Source: Truepera sp.
Lineage (GTDB): Bacteria > Deinococcota > Deinococci > Deinococcales > Trueperaceae
Length of the DNA: 64,000 nucleotides
Direction: 5' to 3'
Assembly: GCA_965218435.1 (NCBI GenBank)
Contig: CBDCKW010000009.1
Location: 3,712,001 to 3,776,000 of the forward strand
Position numbers and translations under genes: made by a program. Below, piece by piece: positions 1 to 9,011 of this stretch. A model generated the notes under the pieces. That model did not search any database. It saw nothing but the letters and a program-made list of their open reading frames with translations, and was not told the origin of the DNA. The stretch's first letter is position 1; each line of letters opens with the position of its first letter.

Positions 1-1635
1 CGTCAAAAACCCGCCTAAATAGTAGGGTTCCCCGTTGAGTTTGTGAAGTGGCAACGTCGCTTTGACGTCGCGGAGGTCGATAAACTTATCAATTTTACCG
101 TCCGAATCGCACGAGATATCTACCAGCGTGGCGTCCCTGGTCGGTCTCTCGTCGAGCCGGTGCAAGGGCGCAATCGGAAAAAGTGCGCCGATAGCCCAGT
201 GGTCGGGCAAGCTTTGGAAAAGGCTGAAGTTGCAGATATATTTGTCGGCTAAGAGCTTGGGCAAATCTTCGATGTCTTCAGGTACATAGTCCAAGTCGCG
301 GACGATACGCCCGATTTTACTGAGCGTTTGGTAGTACAAGGTTTCGATGTGGGCGCGCTCTAAGATGCTCAAATAGCCCAGGTCAAACAGGCTGTGCATC
401 GTGTCTTTATTACCTACCGCGTCGTTAAAGACCTCGCGGTAGTTTTTGAGCGTGACGGTCTCTAACAGCTCACGCATATCGCGGACGAGCGTGTGCGCGT
501 CATCCGGCAAAGCCGGCAGCGTGACCGCGACCTGTGTCGGACCCACCGCGTCTATGACTGGTAAGACCAAAACCGCGTGGTGTGCGGTCAGGGCGCGGCC
601 CGATTCGGAGACGACGATAGGGTGCGGCACGCCCGCTTCTTGGCAGGTTTCTAAGATCGTATAGATGACCGTATCGGCGTACTCTTGCAAGCCGTAATTG
701 GCCGACGCGTGAAAACTCGTACGAGAACCGTCGTAATCTACTGCCAAACCGCCACCGACGTTTAAGTATTCGACCTCAACGCCGAGTTCGCGCAGCTCGA
801 CGTAGGTCTGCGCCGCCTCGCGCACCGCCGCCCGGACTTTGCGGATGTCGGTGACCTGCGAGCCCACGTGACAGTGCACCATCTTGAGCGTATCCAACAT
901 CCCCAAGTCGCGCAGTTTTTCGGTTGCGCCGATCATCTCGCCGGTGCTGAGGCCGAACTTGGCGTTGTCGCCGCCCGAGTCTTCCCACTTGCCTGAGCCC
1001 TGCGCGTGCAACTTAAAGCGTAAGCCCAAGGCCGGACGAATCCCCATTTCACGGCTGACCTTGAGGACGCGCCCTAGTTCCGTGTACTTCTCGAGGGTAA
1101 TCACGACGTTTTTATTTAGTCGCCGCCCCCAGAGTGCCAGCCGGATAAAGTCCTCGTCCTTAAAACCGTTACAGCATAAAAGCGCCTCAGGATGGAGGTC
1201 TTGCACCAAACAGAGCGCCAGCTCAGCTTTGCTCCCGGCCTCGACGCCGGTCCGGTAACGTGCGCCCGCCTCGGCGATGGTTTCTAGCACGACCCGGCGC
1301 TGATTGACCTTGATTGGGAAGACGCCTTGGTAGTGGTTTTGATACTCAAACTTCTCGGTGGCCGTAGCAAAGGCCCGGTTAAGCTGCGCCAGCCGGTCTT
1401 CTAAAATCTGCGGAAACCGTAAAATTAGCGGCAGCGCGTGACCTGCGTCCCGAAACTCGCGGATCATCCCCAGCAGCGGTGCTTTCATCCCGTCAAGCGT
1501 CACGTTCATCTCGCCGCGCACGCCGACCTCGAAGTAGCCGCCGCTCCAGTTGGGGACGCCGTAAAGTTCAGCCGCGTCGGACGCCTTAAAACGCTTGTCG
1601 AGCGCAGGGTTGGTTGTACGTTGTGTAAGGTTCAT
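1..1635 (-). CDS. speA: Biosynthetic arginine decarboxylase (partial, runs off left edge)
   Basis: Manual translation from ATG at 1635 (GGAGG RBS): MNLTQRTTNPALDKRFKASDAAELYGVPNWSGGYFEV... Contains GVFPIKVNQ, EAGSKAEL, CNGFKD, KFGL, HCHVGSQ and NVGGGLAVDYDGS motifs. Absent from the ORF track because no stop lies in the window. Confidence 0.93.
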   Translation of the reverse strand, partial: MNLTQRTTNPALDKRFKASDAAELYGVPNWSGGYFEVGVRGEMNVTLDGMKAPLLGMIREFRDAGHALPLILRFPQILEDRLAQLNRAFATATEKFEYQNHYQGVFPIKVNQRRVVLETIAEAGARYRTGVEAGSKAELALCLVQDLHPEALLCCNGFKDEDFIRLALWGRRLNKNVVITLEKYTELGRVLKVSREMGIRPALGLRFKLHAQGSGKWEDSGGDNAKFGLSTGEMIGATEKLRDLGMLDTLKMVHCHVGSQVTDIRKVRAAVREAAQTYVELRELGVEVEYLNVGGGLAVDYDGSRTSFHASANYGLQEYADTVIYTILETCQEAGVPHPIVVSESGRALTAHHAVLVLPVIDAVGPTQVAVTLPALPDDAHTLVRDMRELLETVTLKNYREVFNDAVGNKDTMHSLFDLGYLSILERAHIETLYYQTLSKIGRIVRDLDYVPEDIEDLPKLLADKYICNFSLFQSLPDHWAIGALFPIAPLHRLDERPTRDATLVDISCDSDGKIDKFIDLRDVKATLPLHKLNGEPYYLGGFLT

Positions 1636-1741
1636 TTTGGCCTCCAGCGCGCCGAGAGACTGCTTATGGCAGCTAGGCAAACAGAGGTGAGAATAGCACG
1701 TGTAGCGCGCTTTTCTCGTCTGCTGAACTGAGGTTAAGCAG

Positions 1742-1798
1742 ACATACACGGATTTTTACGGCCGTTCCTACACACACGGATTTTTACAGCCGTTCTTA
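1742..1798. repeat. Imperfect 28-bp tandem duplication
   Basis: acatacacggatttttacggccgttcct followed by acacacacggatttttacagccgttctt. Confidence 0.9.
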
Positions 1799-1925
1799 AA
1801 GCGCCGCCAAATTGCCACGCCTTACGCAGCTAAAGGGCGACGTAAGGCGTTAAACCAGTGAGGATAGACGGGGGTAACGCGTGGCTGAGGAGTGCTGGGA
1901 GCAAACAAAAGCTAAACCTAACTGC

Positions 1926-2009
1926 TCACCGCTCGAGTTCCTCCGGCGTTTTAGTCACGAGCGCCACGCTTAAATAGAGAACAAACAGCACGGTAAGGAG
2001 GTCGAGCAC
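1926..2009 (-). CDS. Putative 27-aa single-pass membrane peptide MLDLLTVLFVLYLSVALVTKTPEELER
   Basis: GTG start 5 nt after a TAAACT -10-like box (leaderless geometry). About 18 mostly hydrophobic residues, then a charged tail. Downstream inverted repeat at 1817-1850. Confidence 0.45.
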   Translation of the reverse strand: MLDLLTVLFVLYLSVALVTKTPEELER

Positions 2010-2088
2010 GGTGCAGTTTAAGACGTACACCGCCCTTGCAGACGCATAACTTCGCACCGTCTAAAGGGCACAGCTAAAACAGTTGTTC

Positions 2089-2304
2089 CTAAGCTGCCTC
2101 CAAGCTGTATTCGTTCGGCTGCAGCTCACCCAGCAGCGCCGATAAGTAGCTCGCCCGCTGACGCCTCAGCTGACGCAGCGTTTTGTTTAGTGCCGCGTCG
2201 TTTAGAAGCCGAGCTTTTACGCCCTCAGCGCGTTCAATCTCGTTTTCCAAGCTGACGATTTTAGCAATCAGGGTTTGTTCAGCAGCGTTAGGGGTGTAGG
2301 TCAC
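2089..2304 (-). CDS. Hypothetical 71-aa helical/coiled-coil protein
   Basis: GGAGG RBS upstream; candidate promoter TTGTCA-17-TAGCGT; 5'UTR hairpin near 2339-2367. Confidence 0.65.
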   Translation of the reverse strand: MTYTPNAAEQTLIAKIVSLENEIERAEGVKARLLNDAALNKTLRQLRRQRASYLSALLGELQPNEYSLEAA

Positions 2305-3068
2305 AGCTCCGTCTCCTCCAAGTCGGGTGGTAAGTTAGCTTTCAGATGGTCCACATGGACCTGAAAGGGTCTGTAACGCTACTTTAAGGCGTGCATTCTG
2401 ACAAAACTCTGACTCTTGGGGACACGGTGGTCTCAACCCAGGTCAATTGGCGCAGTTATCAGACAGCTTACAAAAAAGTCTCGCGTAAACTACACGGGAC
2501 AAAAGGAGCGTACCCAACATAATAAAGAGAGACCGGGCAGCTCGAGCCGACTCTGATTCGGACGTTTGTATAAGATAGTTTGTAGCTCTGCCTCAAACCG
2601 AGCTGCACCCACCAAAAAGCACCAAGGCTCTTAACACTTACCCACGACAAATTTTGTAAAGACGTAACGGTTTTAAGCTGAAGTGGTAGATGTTGGTTTC
2701 TTTAGCAGGTATCAGCTGGGCGGCAACGCTCTCAATCTAAGTTTAGCTGACCAGCACGCACATTCTGCGATGATACTTGTGGCGACCTCTTATGGAAATG
2801 CTACTTTGAGGTAAGGTTCGCTGAGATAACGAGGTAAGCCGAGAGAAACGAGTAGGATTGTGGTCAGCTTCGCAGTCGGTTTGATGGTTTGGTATATGGT
2901 CAACCTCCCGTCGCAAAGTATGCCCTTGCCGAACACCTATAGATACAGATTTATCTTACGGACGGCCGTCTAACGGACCCTAGGGTCAATCTGGGCGCAA
3001 CCTAAACGGATAACCTCGGCGTGACCTCTTTACCTCAGCAGAGACCGGAAAACGCGACCCGCCGAGCC

Positions 3069-3104
3069 AAAAGCGCCCAAGGTGGGTAGGGGCCAACCTT
3101 GGGC
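3069..3104 (-). terminator. Intrinsic terminator of nrdJ
   Basis: gcccaagg/ccttgggc stem followed by a short U-tract on the minus strand. Confidence 0.6.
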
Positions 3105-3138
3105 ACGGTAAAGTGGAAATCAACGTCTTTAGGTCAGT

Positions 3139-6100
3139 CTAGCCGCACTTGCTGTAGCCGCAGGTGTAGCACTTGACGCAGCCTTCTTCACGTACTAAAG
3201 TGCCGCCGCACCCTTCGGGGCAGCTGGTCTTTTCTAACGCGGGGCTCTGAACGCCGGCGGTCTCGAGCGCCACTGCAATCAGATCAGCCTTAGACGCCAC
3301 CATCCGGCCCTGATACGAGCCGTACATCCCGCCGTTGATGCCGCGCAGCGTTTTCACAATCGCCTCAGCCGGAACCCCGTACTGCAGCGCAATCGAAACG
3401 AGTCGTCCGAGCGCCTCGGAGTCGGCCATAATCTCTTCGCCGCCCTTGCCCGACTGGATAAAGACCTCGGTCGGCAGATCGTCTTGCTTGTTCACAGTCA
3501 GGTAGAAGCTGCGCCGCTCACCGCTCGAGGTCGTCAGCTTTACGCTGTCGGTAAAGCCGACGAGCCGCCCCGGACGGTCAAAAAGGGGTTCACCGGGGAG
3601 ACGCTGAGGGTCTTCGGCAGCTTCTTGAACGGGGGCTGCTTGGGAACGTTGAGGTTGAGCAGCTTGGACGCCCGCTTTCTTTTTGCCGTCGCTCTTTTTG
3701 GTGGATAAGACCTGAAACTGCCTCGAGCCGTCGCGGTAGACCGTAATCCCTTTACAACCCGTGTCAAACGCTTGGCTGTAGGCGTCGTACACGTCTTGCA
3801 CAGTTGCGTGGTTCGGCATATTGATGGTTTTAGAGATGCTGTTGGCGACCCTTTCACCGCCCGCATCGAAGGCGCTCTGCACCGTGCCCTGCATCAACAC
3901 GTGTGCGCCCGGGGCGATGTCGTGGGCACAGACCAGCACGCGCTGCACCGCTTCGGGGATAAACGCGATGCCCTGCACGCTGCCGTGGTTGTTTTGCACG
4001 GCCTCGACTACTTTGTCCCAATCCCACGCGCCGTTTCTGGTGCAGTCTGGGTGCGGTGGGTGCTGCTCTAACATCTCGCGGAAAAGCGGGGAGACGAGCG
4101 CCGCATACGAGTCACCGATTTTGCGGTAGATAAAGGGCGCAAAGATGGGTTCAACGCCAGAGGAGACGCCCATCAGCATACTCGTCGTCCCGGTCGGGGC
4201 CACGGTCAAGAGGGCGACGTTACGGCGGGGAGTGTCCAAATCGCTCTCATTAAAAAGCGGAAACGCGCCGCGCTCCCCAGCGAGTTCTCGGCTCGCCTGC
4301 GTCGCACCCTCACGTAGTTCGTCAATCATCGCTTTGGCGGCGGCGCGGCCCTCGGGCGCGTCGTAACGGAGGCCCATCTTGATAAGCGCGTCGGCCAGTC
4401 CCATAATGCCGAGCCCAAGTCGCCGCAGCTTCATGCTCATGCTGCGGTTATCTTCTAAGGCAAAACGGTTGACGTCTAGGACGTTATCCAGAAATCTGAT
4501 ACAGGTCTTGGTGTCATCCTTAAAGCTTGCCCAATCAAAGCCGCTGAGCCCTTGGTCGGGTGTCTCGACGTACTGCGCGAGGTTGATTGCGCCCAAGTCG
4601 CAGGGTTCACCGGGAAAAAGGGGGATTTCTCCGCATTGGTGGGCGACAATACCGTTGGCAACAACCGAGTGGGCAACCGGTTCGGTCGTGTCGTAAACAC
4701 TCTCTATACCTTCAAAGACGATCTCGGTCACAACTGTTTCAAATGGTTCTGTATTTGAGGGGCGTTGTTTAGAGGCGATAAAATCAAGAACGCGTTGCTG
4801 CTTACTGCGCGTTAGAAAACCGATTTTATGGGCAAACAGATCACGGTTAATTTTATCCAGCATAAGCTCGTATTGACTGGCGTGCGGATAGAGCTGCGTG
4901 CCTCCTTTGCCGTCCGGCATTGCGCGTACACCCGCCTCGCGGCGCTGGTAGAGACGCGAGACGAGACCGAAGTTAGAAAGCAAGAGTTGAACGTCTTTTA
5001 GCAAAGTTTCGGACGAACTTGCCAGCCGAATACTACAACTCTTCTTGCTACAACTAAGATTGACCGTACCGTCAGCAGTAAAAAGCCCCTGCAAAAAACC
5101 CACGACCGCCTCACGTGGTGCCGAGAAGATGCTCTCAGGCACACGTTTGTTGATCGCTTTTTCAGAGCCTAATCCTAGCGCAGCCAAGTAGCGAATCACG
5201 ACCTTGCCAAACCTGATCTGTGAGCAGCTAGCATGATGCTGGACGCTTCCACCAAACCACGCTTTGTACTGGGCAATCGTGTCTTTTAACTCCTCGTAAT
5301 CACTTTCTGAAAAGGTAATACCTGCTTTATCCTCACTTACGAAGCCGTCGCCCACCATAAATCCTAGAAACGCGCCGAGGTCGCGGCTCCACCGCTCCGG
5401 CATACCCCCAAACTTCTCGCGTACATCCTTGCGCCCTGTACGTGAGGTAACGTCACCACGGTTGTTGCTACCCGCCGTTGCCAGCAGTTCAGCGTGCGCA
5501 GAGAGGACTTCGTGGGTAAAAGCATAGTGATCGCTCCACATCCCCTCAGCACTCTGAACGAAGAGCGTGTCACCGGTAGAGAGTTCAGCGAGTTCTTTCC
5601 AACCGTCTGGTGTCAAAAATTTGTGATTCGCCGTGGCGCGCACCTCAAAACCGTGCTTAGTGGTAACTCGGTAGACCTTTTCAGCTTCCGAAGTCTTAAA
5701 CACAGGAACGGCAGCTCGAGGGGTAACGCCTAAACCGTTTGTCAATACGCGGCGGTCTGAAGCGACTACAAGTTCTTCCTGGGTTTTGTAAAGCTCTCCT
5801 AAAGTGAGGAGGCCACGCTGCGTGGCGATGCGAACATCTGCGGGAAAACACGGATTCGTTGCCTTGATGTCCCCGAGCGCCCCCCGCATCGGATTAAACG
5901 CGTTGATCCGGTCTATAAAAATGAGTCCCGGCTCACCGGTCTGCCACGCGTGCTCGGCCACGTCTTGCAGTACATTTCGCGGTACATTTTGCTGTACGCC
6001 GGACGCACGCGTCTTTTTTGCGGCTTCCATAAACGTGTCTGAAACGAGCACCGAGATGTTAAAGGTGCTGATGTCGCCCTCGGCCTCTTCGCGCTCCAAG

Positions 6101-7038
6101 TCTTTACAGGTGATGAAGTCCTGAATATCGGGGTGCGTGACCGACATCGTCGCCATCCCTGCGCCGCGCCGGGTGCCGCCCTGCCGAATCACGCGCAACG
6201 TCGGGGCGAAGATATAACGGAGCGTTGCAATAGGTCCGGCGTAAGCTGCGCCGCCCAAGGACGCCCAAAGTGCGAAGTTGTCGAAGACCTCGACGGCAAA
6301 CGATGACGGCCCGCTGCTGCTGCCGCCCGAACCCTCGACCGGCGTTCCTTCAGCGCGGAGCCCGGACAGGTCTAAAAGCAGATCGTCGCCGGTAAGGACT
6401 GAGCTGACCGCCTCACTCGCGCTCTGCCAGATGCTTTCGACCGAATCACCGACGTTTACAGTCGGCAGCGCGTCGGGTACTTCGTCTTGCTCTAAAAAAG
6501 AGGCGTAGCGGTAACCTTTGCTCACATATTTGCCGTGAACGAGGTCCATATAAGTGCCACTTTTGACCTTGGCGTAGTCGGGGTGCGAGGCTGAAATCGT
6601 GAGGTAGAGCCCGCCAGTACGTGCGTTGTAAGGGCGTTTGGGCGAAAGCGGGTCGAGACAGAGGCCGTTACCGCCACCGACTTTGGTCACAAGCGCCAGT
6701 TTGGTCGCTAGGTGCATCACCCAAGCGTCGGTACCGACGGTTTCCGGTGAGCCGTCCTGAACAAAGCAGTTGAGCACGTTGCCGTGGTTGGTTGCCGCGC
6801 CCGCGAGAACTCGTCCACCGGGGCAGAAACGCTTCGAGGCCATCAGATCGAAGAACCGTTCCTCGAGCCCCCCCCGTTCCCTTTCAGCTTCCGGTGACGC
6901 TACCCACGCCGCTACTCGGCCGAACAACCCGGCTAAGTCGTCATCCCCCGGCTGAAAATATTGCCGTTTGGCGATGGTTACGGCGTGCTCATCGAAGTCG
7001 CTCAGCATAGGGTCTACTCGTTCGGGCTGTGTACTCAC
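3139..7038 (-). CDS. nrdJ: Adenosylcobalamin-dependent (class II) ribonucleotide reductase with intein and C-terminal TSCPD/Zn-ribbon region
   Basis: Motifs GGTRRGA, GEPG, TNP|CGE (split by the intein), CDLGAINL, LGLGIMGLAD, APTGT, NSISKTIN, GCKGITVYRDGSR and C-terminal Cys pairs. Confidence 0.95.
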   Translation of the reverse strand: MSTQPERVDPMLSDFDEHAVTIAKRQYFQPGDDDLAGLFGRVAAWVASPEAERERGGLEERFFDLMASKRFCPGGRVLAGAATNHGNVLNCFVQDGSPETVGTDAWVMHLATKLALVTKVGGGNGLCLDPLSPKRPYNARTGGLYLTISASHPDYAKVKSGTYMDLVHGKYVSKGYRYASFLEQDEVPDALPTVNVGDSVESIWQSASEAVSSVLTGDDLLLDLSGLRAEGTPVEGSGGSSSGPSSFAVEVFDNFALWASLGGAAYAGPIATLRYIFAPTLRVIRQGGTRRGAGMATMSVTHPDIQDFITCKDLEREEAEGDISTFNISVLVSDTFMEAAKKTRASGVQQNVPRNVLQDVAEHAWQTGEPGLIFIDRINAFNPMRGALGDIKATNPCFPADVRIATQRGLLTLGELYKTQEELVVASDRRVLTNGLGVTPRAAVPVFKTSEAEKVYRVTTKHGFEVRATANHKFLTPDGWKELAELSTGDTLFVQSAEGMWSDHYAFTHEVLSAHAELLATAGSNNRGDVTSRTGRKDVREKFGGMPERWSRDLGAFLGFMVGDGFVSEDKAGITFSESDYEELKDTIAQYKAWFGGSVQHHASCSQIRFGKVVIRYLAALGLGSEKAINKRVPESIFSAPREAVVGFLQGLFTADGTVNLSCSKKSCSIRLASSSETLLKDVQLLLSNFGLVSRLYQRREAGVRAMPDGKGGTQLYPHASQYELMLDKINRDLFAHKIGFLTRSKQQRVLDFIASKQRPSNTEPFETVVTEIVFEGIESVYDTTEPVAHSVVANGIVAHQCGEIPLFPGEPCDLGAINLAQYVETPDQGLSGFDWASFKDDTKTCIRFLDNVLDVNRFALEDNRSMSMKLRRLGLGIMGLADALIKMGLRYDAPEGRAAAKAMIDELREGATQASRELAGERGAFPLFNESDLDTPRRNVALLTVAPTGTTSMLMGVSSGVEPIFAPFIYRKIGDSYAALVSPLFREMLEQHPPHPDCTRNGAWDWDKVVEAVQNNHGSVQGIAFIPEAVQRVLVCAHDIAPGAHVLMQGTVQSAFDAGGERVANSISKTINMPNHATVQDVYDAYSQAFDTGCKGITVYRDGSRQFQVLSTKKSDGKKKAGVQAAQPQRSQAAPVQEAAEDPQRLPGEPLFDRPGRLVGFTDSVKLTTSSGERRSFYLTVNKQDDLPTEVFIQSGKGGEEIMADSEALGRLVSIALQYGVPAEAIVKTLRGINGGMYGSYQGRMVASKADLIAVALETAGVQSPALEKTSCPEGCGGTLVREEGCVKCYTCGYSKCG
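4636..5850 (-). mobile_element. 405-aa intein with LAGLIDADG homing endonuclease, ending His-Gln
   Basis: Starts CFPADVRI (block A), has TANHKF (block B), LGFMVGDG and FLQGLFTADG (LAGLIDADG blocks) and VYDTT...VANGIVAHQ|C (blocks F/G). Removal restores TNPCGEIPL. Confidence 0.95.
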
Positions 7039-7184
7039 TGGGGCCTCCTCGGTTGTACCAAATCTTGTACTTCTTTAAGCTACTTGCACATCTTACTGTA
7101 TTTGCACATACTACTTTAGACGCTAACCGCACTACTCGTCAAGTCCTTTGGGTGATTGTGAGTTGGTTAGAGGATTAGAGGAAC

Positions 7185-7231
7185 ATACCACATGGTGTAC
7201 GGGGGCGGCAAGTCCCCTCAAGATATAGCTA
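7185..7231. promoter_or_regulatory. Tandem NrdR boxes upstream of nrdJ
   Basis: ataCcAcATggtGtac (7185-7200) and cctCaAgATaTaGcta (7216-7231) resemble acaCwAtATaTwGtgt and are offset by 31 bp. Confidence 0.7.
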
Positions 7232-7398
7232 GATTCTGTTGGTCGTTCGGTCTGATATTACAGCAAATAATTTGGTGAGCGTTTGTACCGGCTTGGTCGG
7301 TATAGCGACGACGACACCAGTTCAGAGCGCGGCTATGCCATTTGCGCCGCCGAGCACAGCGTTATGCACTCTGACTGCGGCTGTAATATTAGCCGGTT

Positions 7399-8928
7399 CT
7401 AGTGCCGGAAGTGCCGCTCCCCGGTCATGACCATTGCCAAGCTCAGCTCATTGGCGGCGGCGGTCAACTCAGCGTCTTTGACCGAACCGCCCGGTTGGAT
7501 AACTGCGGCGACGCCCGCGTGGGCAGCCACCTCGAGCCCGTCCCGAAACGGATAAAACGCGTCGCTCGCACACGCGCCGCCCGCCGCGCGGCCCGCTGCT
7601 TTTTGCGCGGCGATTGCTGACGCGTCTACCCGGCTCTGCTGCCCCGCGCCGATACCAACAGCTTGAACGTCTTTAACCAAAACAATCGCGTTGGACTTGG
7701 TATAGGCGCAGACGAGCCACGCGAGTTCTAAGTCCTGCCATTCGTTTTCAGTGGGGTGCCGCTCTGTCACAACTTGCCAACGACTTCTGTCGAGGCTTAC
7801 CACATCGGGTTCCTGCACTAAAAAGCCGCCGTCTACGCGGCGCAACTCGAGCCCTGCTGCGTAGGGCGGCGGCGCACTCAGCACCCGCATATTTTTGCGT
7901 TTGGCCGCGAGTCTTTCGGCGGTTCCCGGCGCAAACTCAGGCGCAATCAGCACGTCGGCTTTGGGATTGGCGAGGAGTTCAGCGGCGAGCGCCTCACTGA
8001 CAGGCCGGTTGAGGGCGACAATCCCGCCGAAGGCAGATTTAGGGTCGGCGGCAAACGCGCGTTCGTAAGCTGTCTCGATATTTTCGGCTAACGCCACGCC
8101 GCACGGGTTGGCGTGTTTGACGATCACAGCGGCGGGCGCGTCAAACTCGTGAACTAAGCGCCACGCAGCTTCGGCGTCGAATAAGTTGAGGTAAGAGAGT
8201 GCTGCGCCGCTATGCTGCACCGCCTCGTCCCACCAGCTTTTTGCGCCGACCTCGCGGTAGCGTGCGCCGGTCTGGTGCGGGTTTTCACCGTAACGCAAGT
8301 TCTGGGCGTGCTCGAGGCTCAGCGTGAGCATCTCCGGCAATTTGGGTTTGTCCGGGCTTTCCAACTGCGTATCCAACCACGCCACAATAGCGGCGTCGTA
8401 GGCGCTCGTGTGGGCGAAAGCTTTGCGGGCCAGCGGCAATCTCAGCGCGTCGATCTCGTCTTTTTTGAGCGCAGCAAGCACCCGCTCGTAATCTGCCGGG
8501 TCACACACAACCAATACCTGCGCGTAATTTTTAGCCGCCGAACGGAGCATCGCAGGGCCACCGATGTCAATGTTTTCAACCATTTCGGCAAAAGGCGCGC
8601 CTCTGGCGACTGTCTCCCGAAACGGATACAGATTGACGACCAAGAGGTCTATCGGGGTGATGGCGTGCGCTTTAAGTTGTACCTGGTGTTCGGGCGTCCG
8701 GGTCGCTAGCAGGCCACCGTGAATTTTGGGGTGGAGCGTTTTGACGCGGCCGTCTAAAATCTCGGGAAAACCCGTTTCATCGGCGACACGGCGAACGCTG
8801 AGACCGGTGTCTGAGAGCGCGGCGTAAGTTCCGCCGGTTGAGAGCAGCTCAAATCCCAACTCGGTGAGGGCGCGGGCAAAGGGCTCGAGGCCCGCCTTGT
8901 CGGAAACACTTAAGAGGGCGCGGGGCAT
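7399..8928 (-). CDS. purH: Bifunctional AICAR transformylase/IMP cyclohydrolase
   Basis: [51 protein letters not shown]. Confidence 0.97.
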   Translation of the reverse strand: MPRALLSVSDKAGLEPFARALTELGFELLSTGGTYAALSDTGLSVRRVADETGFPEILDGRVKTLHPKIHGGLLATRTPEHQVQLKAHAITPIDLLVVNLYPFRETVARGAPFAEMVENIDIGGPAMLRSAAKNYAQVLVVCDPADYERVLAALKKDEIDALRLPLARKAFAHTSAYDAAIVAWLDTQLESPDKPKLPEMLTLSLEHAQNLRYGENPHQTGARYREVGAKSWWDEAVQHSGAALSYLNLFDAEAAWRLVHEFDAPAAVIVKHANPCGVALAENIETAYERAFAADPKSAFGGIVALNRPVSEALAAELLANPKADVLIAPEFAPGTAERLAAKRKNMRVLSAPPPYAAGLELRRVDGGFLVQEPDVVSLDRSRWQVVTERHPTENEWQDLELAWLVCAYTKSNAIVLVKDVQAVGIGAGQQSRVDASAIAAQKAAGRAAGGACASDAFYPFRDGLEVAAHAGVAAVIQPGGSVKDAELTAAANELSLAMVMTGERHFRH

Positions 8929-8974
8929 AGGTCAATTTAACTTATTGCAAAGGTCTGGCGTACAAAACAGAATG

Positions 8975-8998
8975 AAAAACCCCGCAGTGCGCGGGGTC
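8975..8998 (-). terminator. Intrinsic terminator after the foldase gene
   Basis: Minus strand reads gaccccgcgcactgcggggttttt. Confidence 0.75.
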
Positions 8999-9011
8999 TT
9001 CTCTTTGGCAG

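Noticed and set aside
1742..1798. 28-bp repeats as a mini CRISPR array
   Set aside because: Copies are directly adjacent with no spacers, only two copies, no cas genes
2405..3068. Long intergenic stretch as ncRNA or gene (including ORF 2468-2650)
   Set aside because: No recognisable RNA family or convincing start. There is only a possible eroded ORF relic near 2790-2935, which I cannot support.
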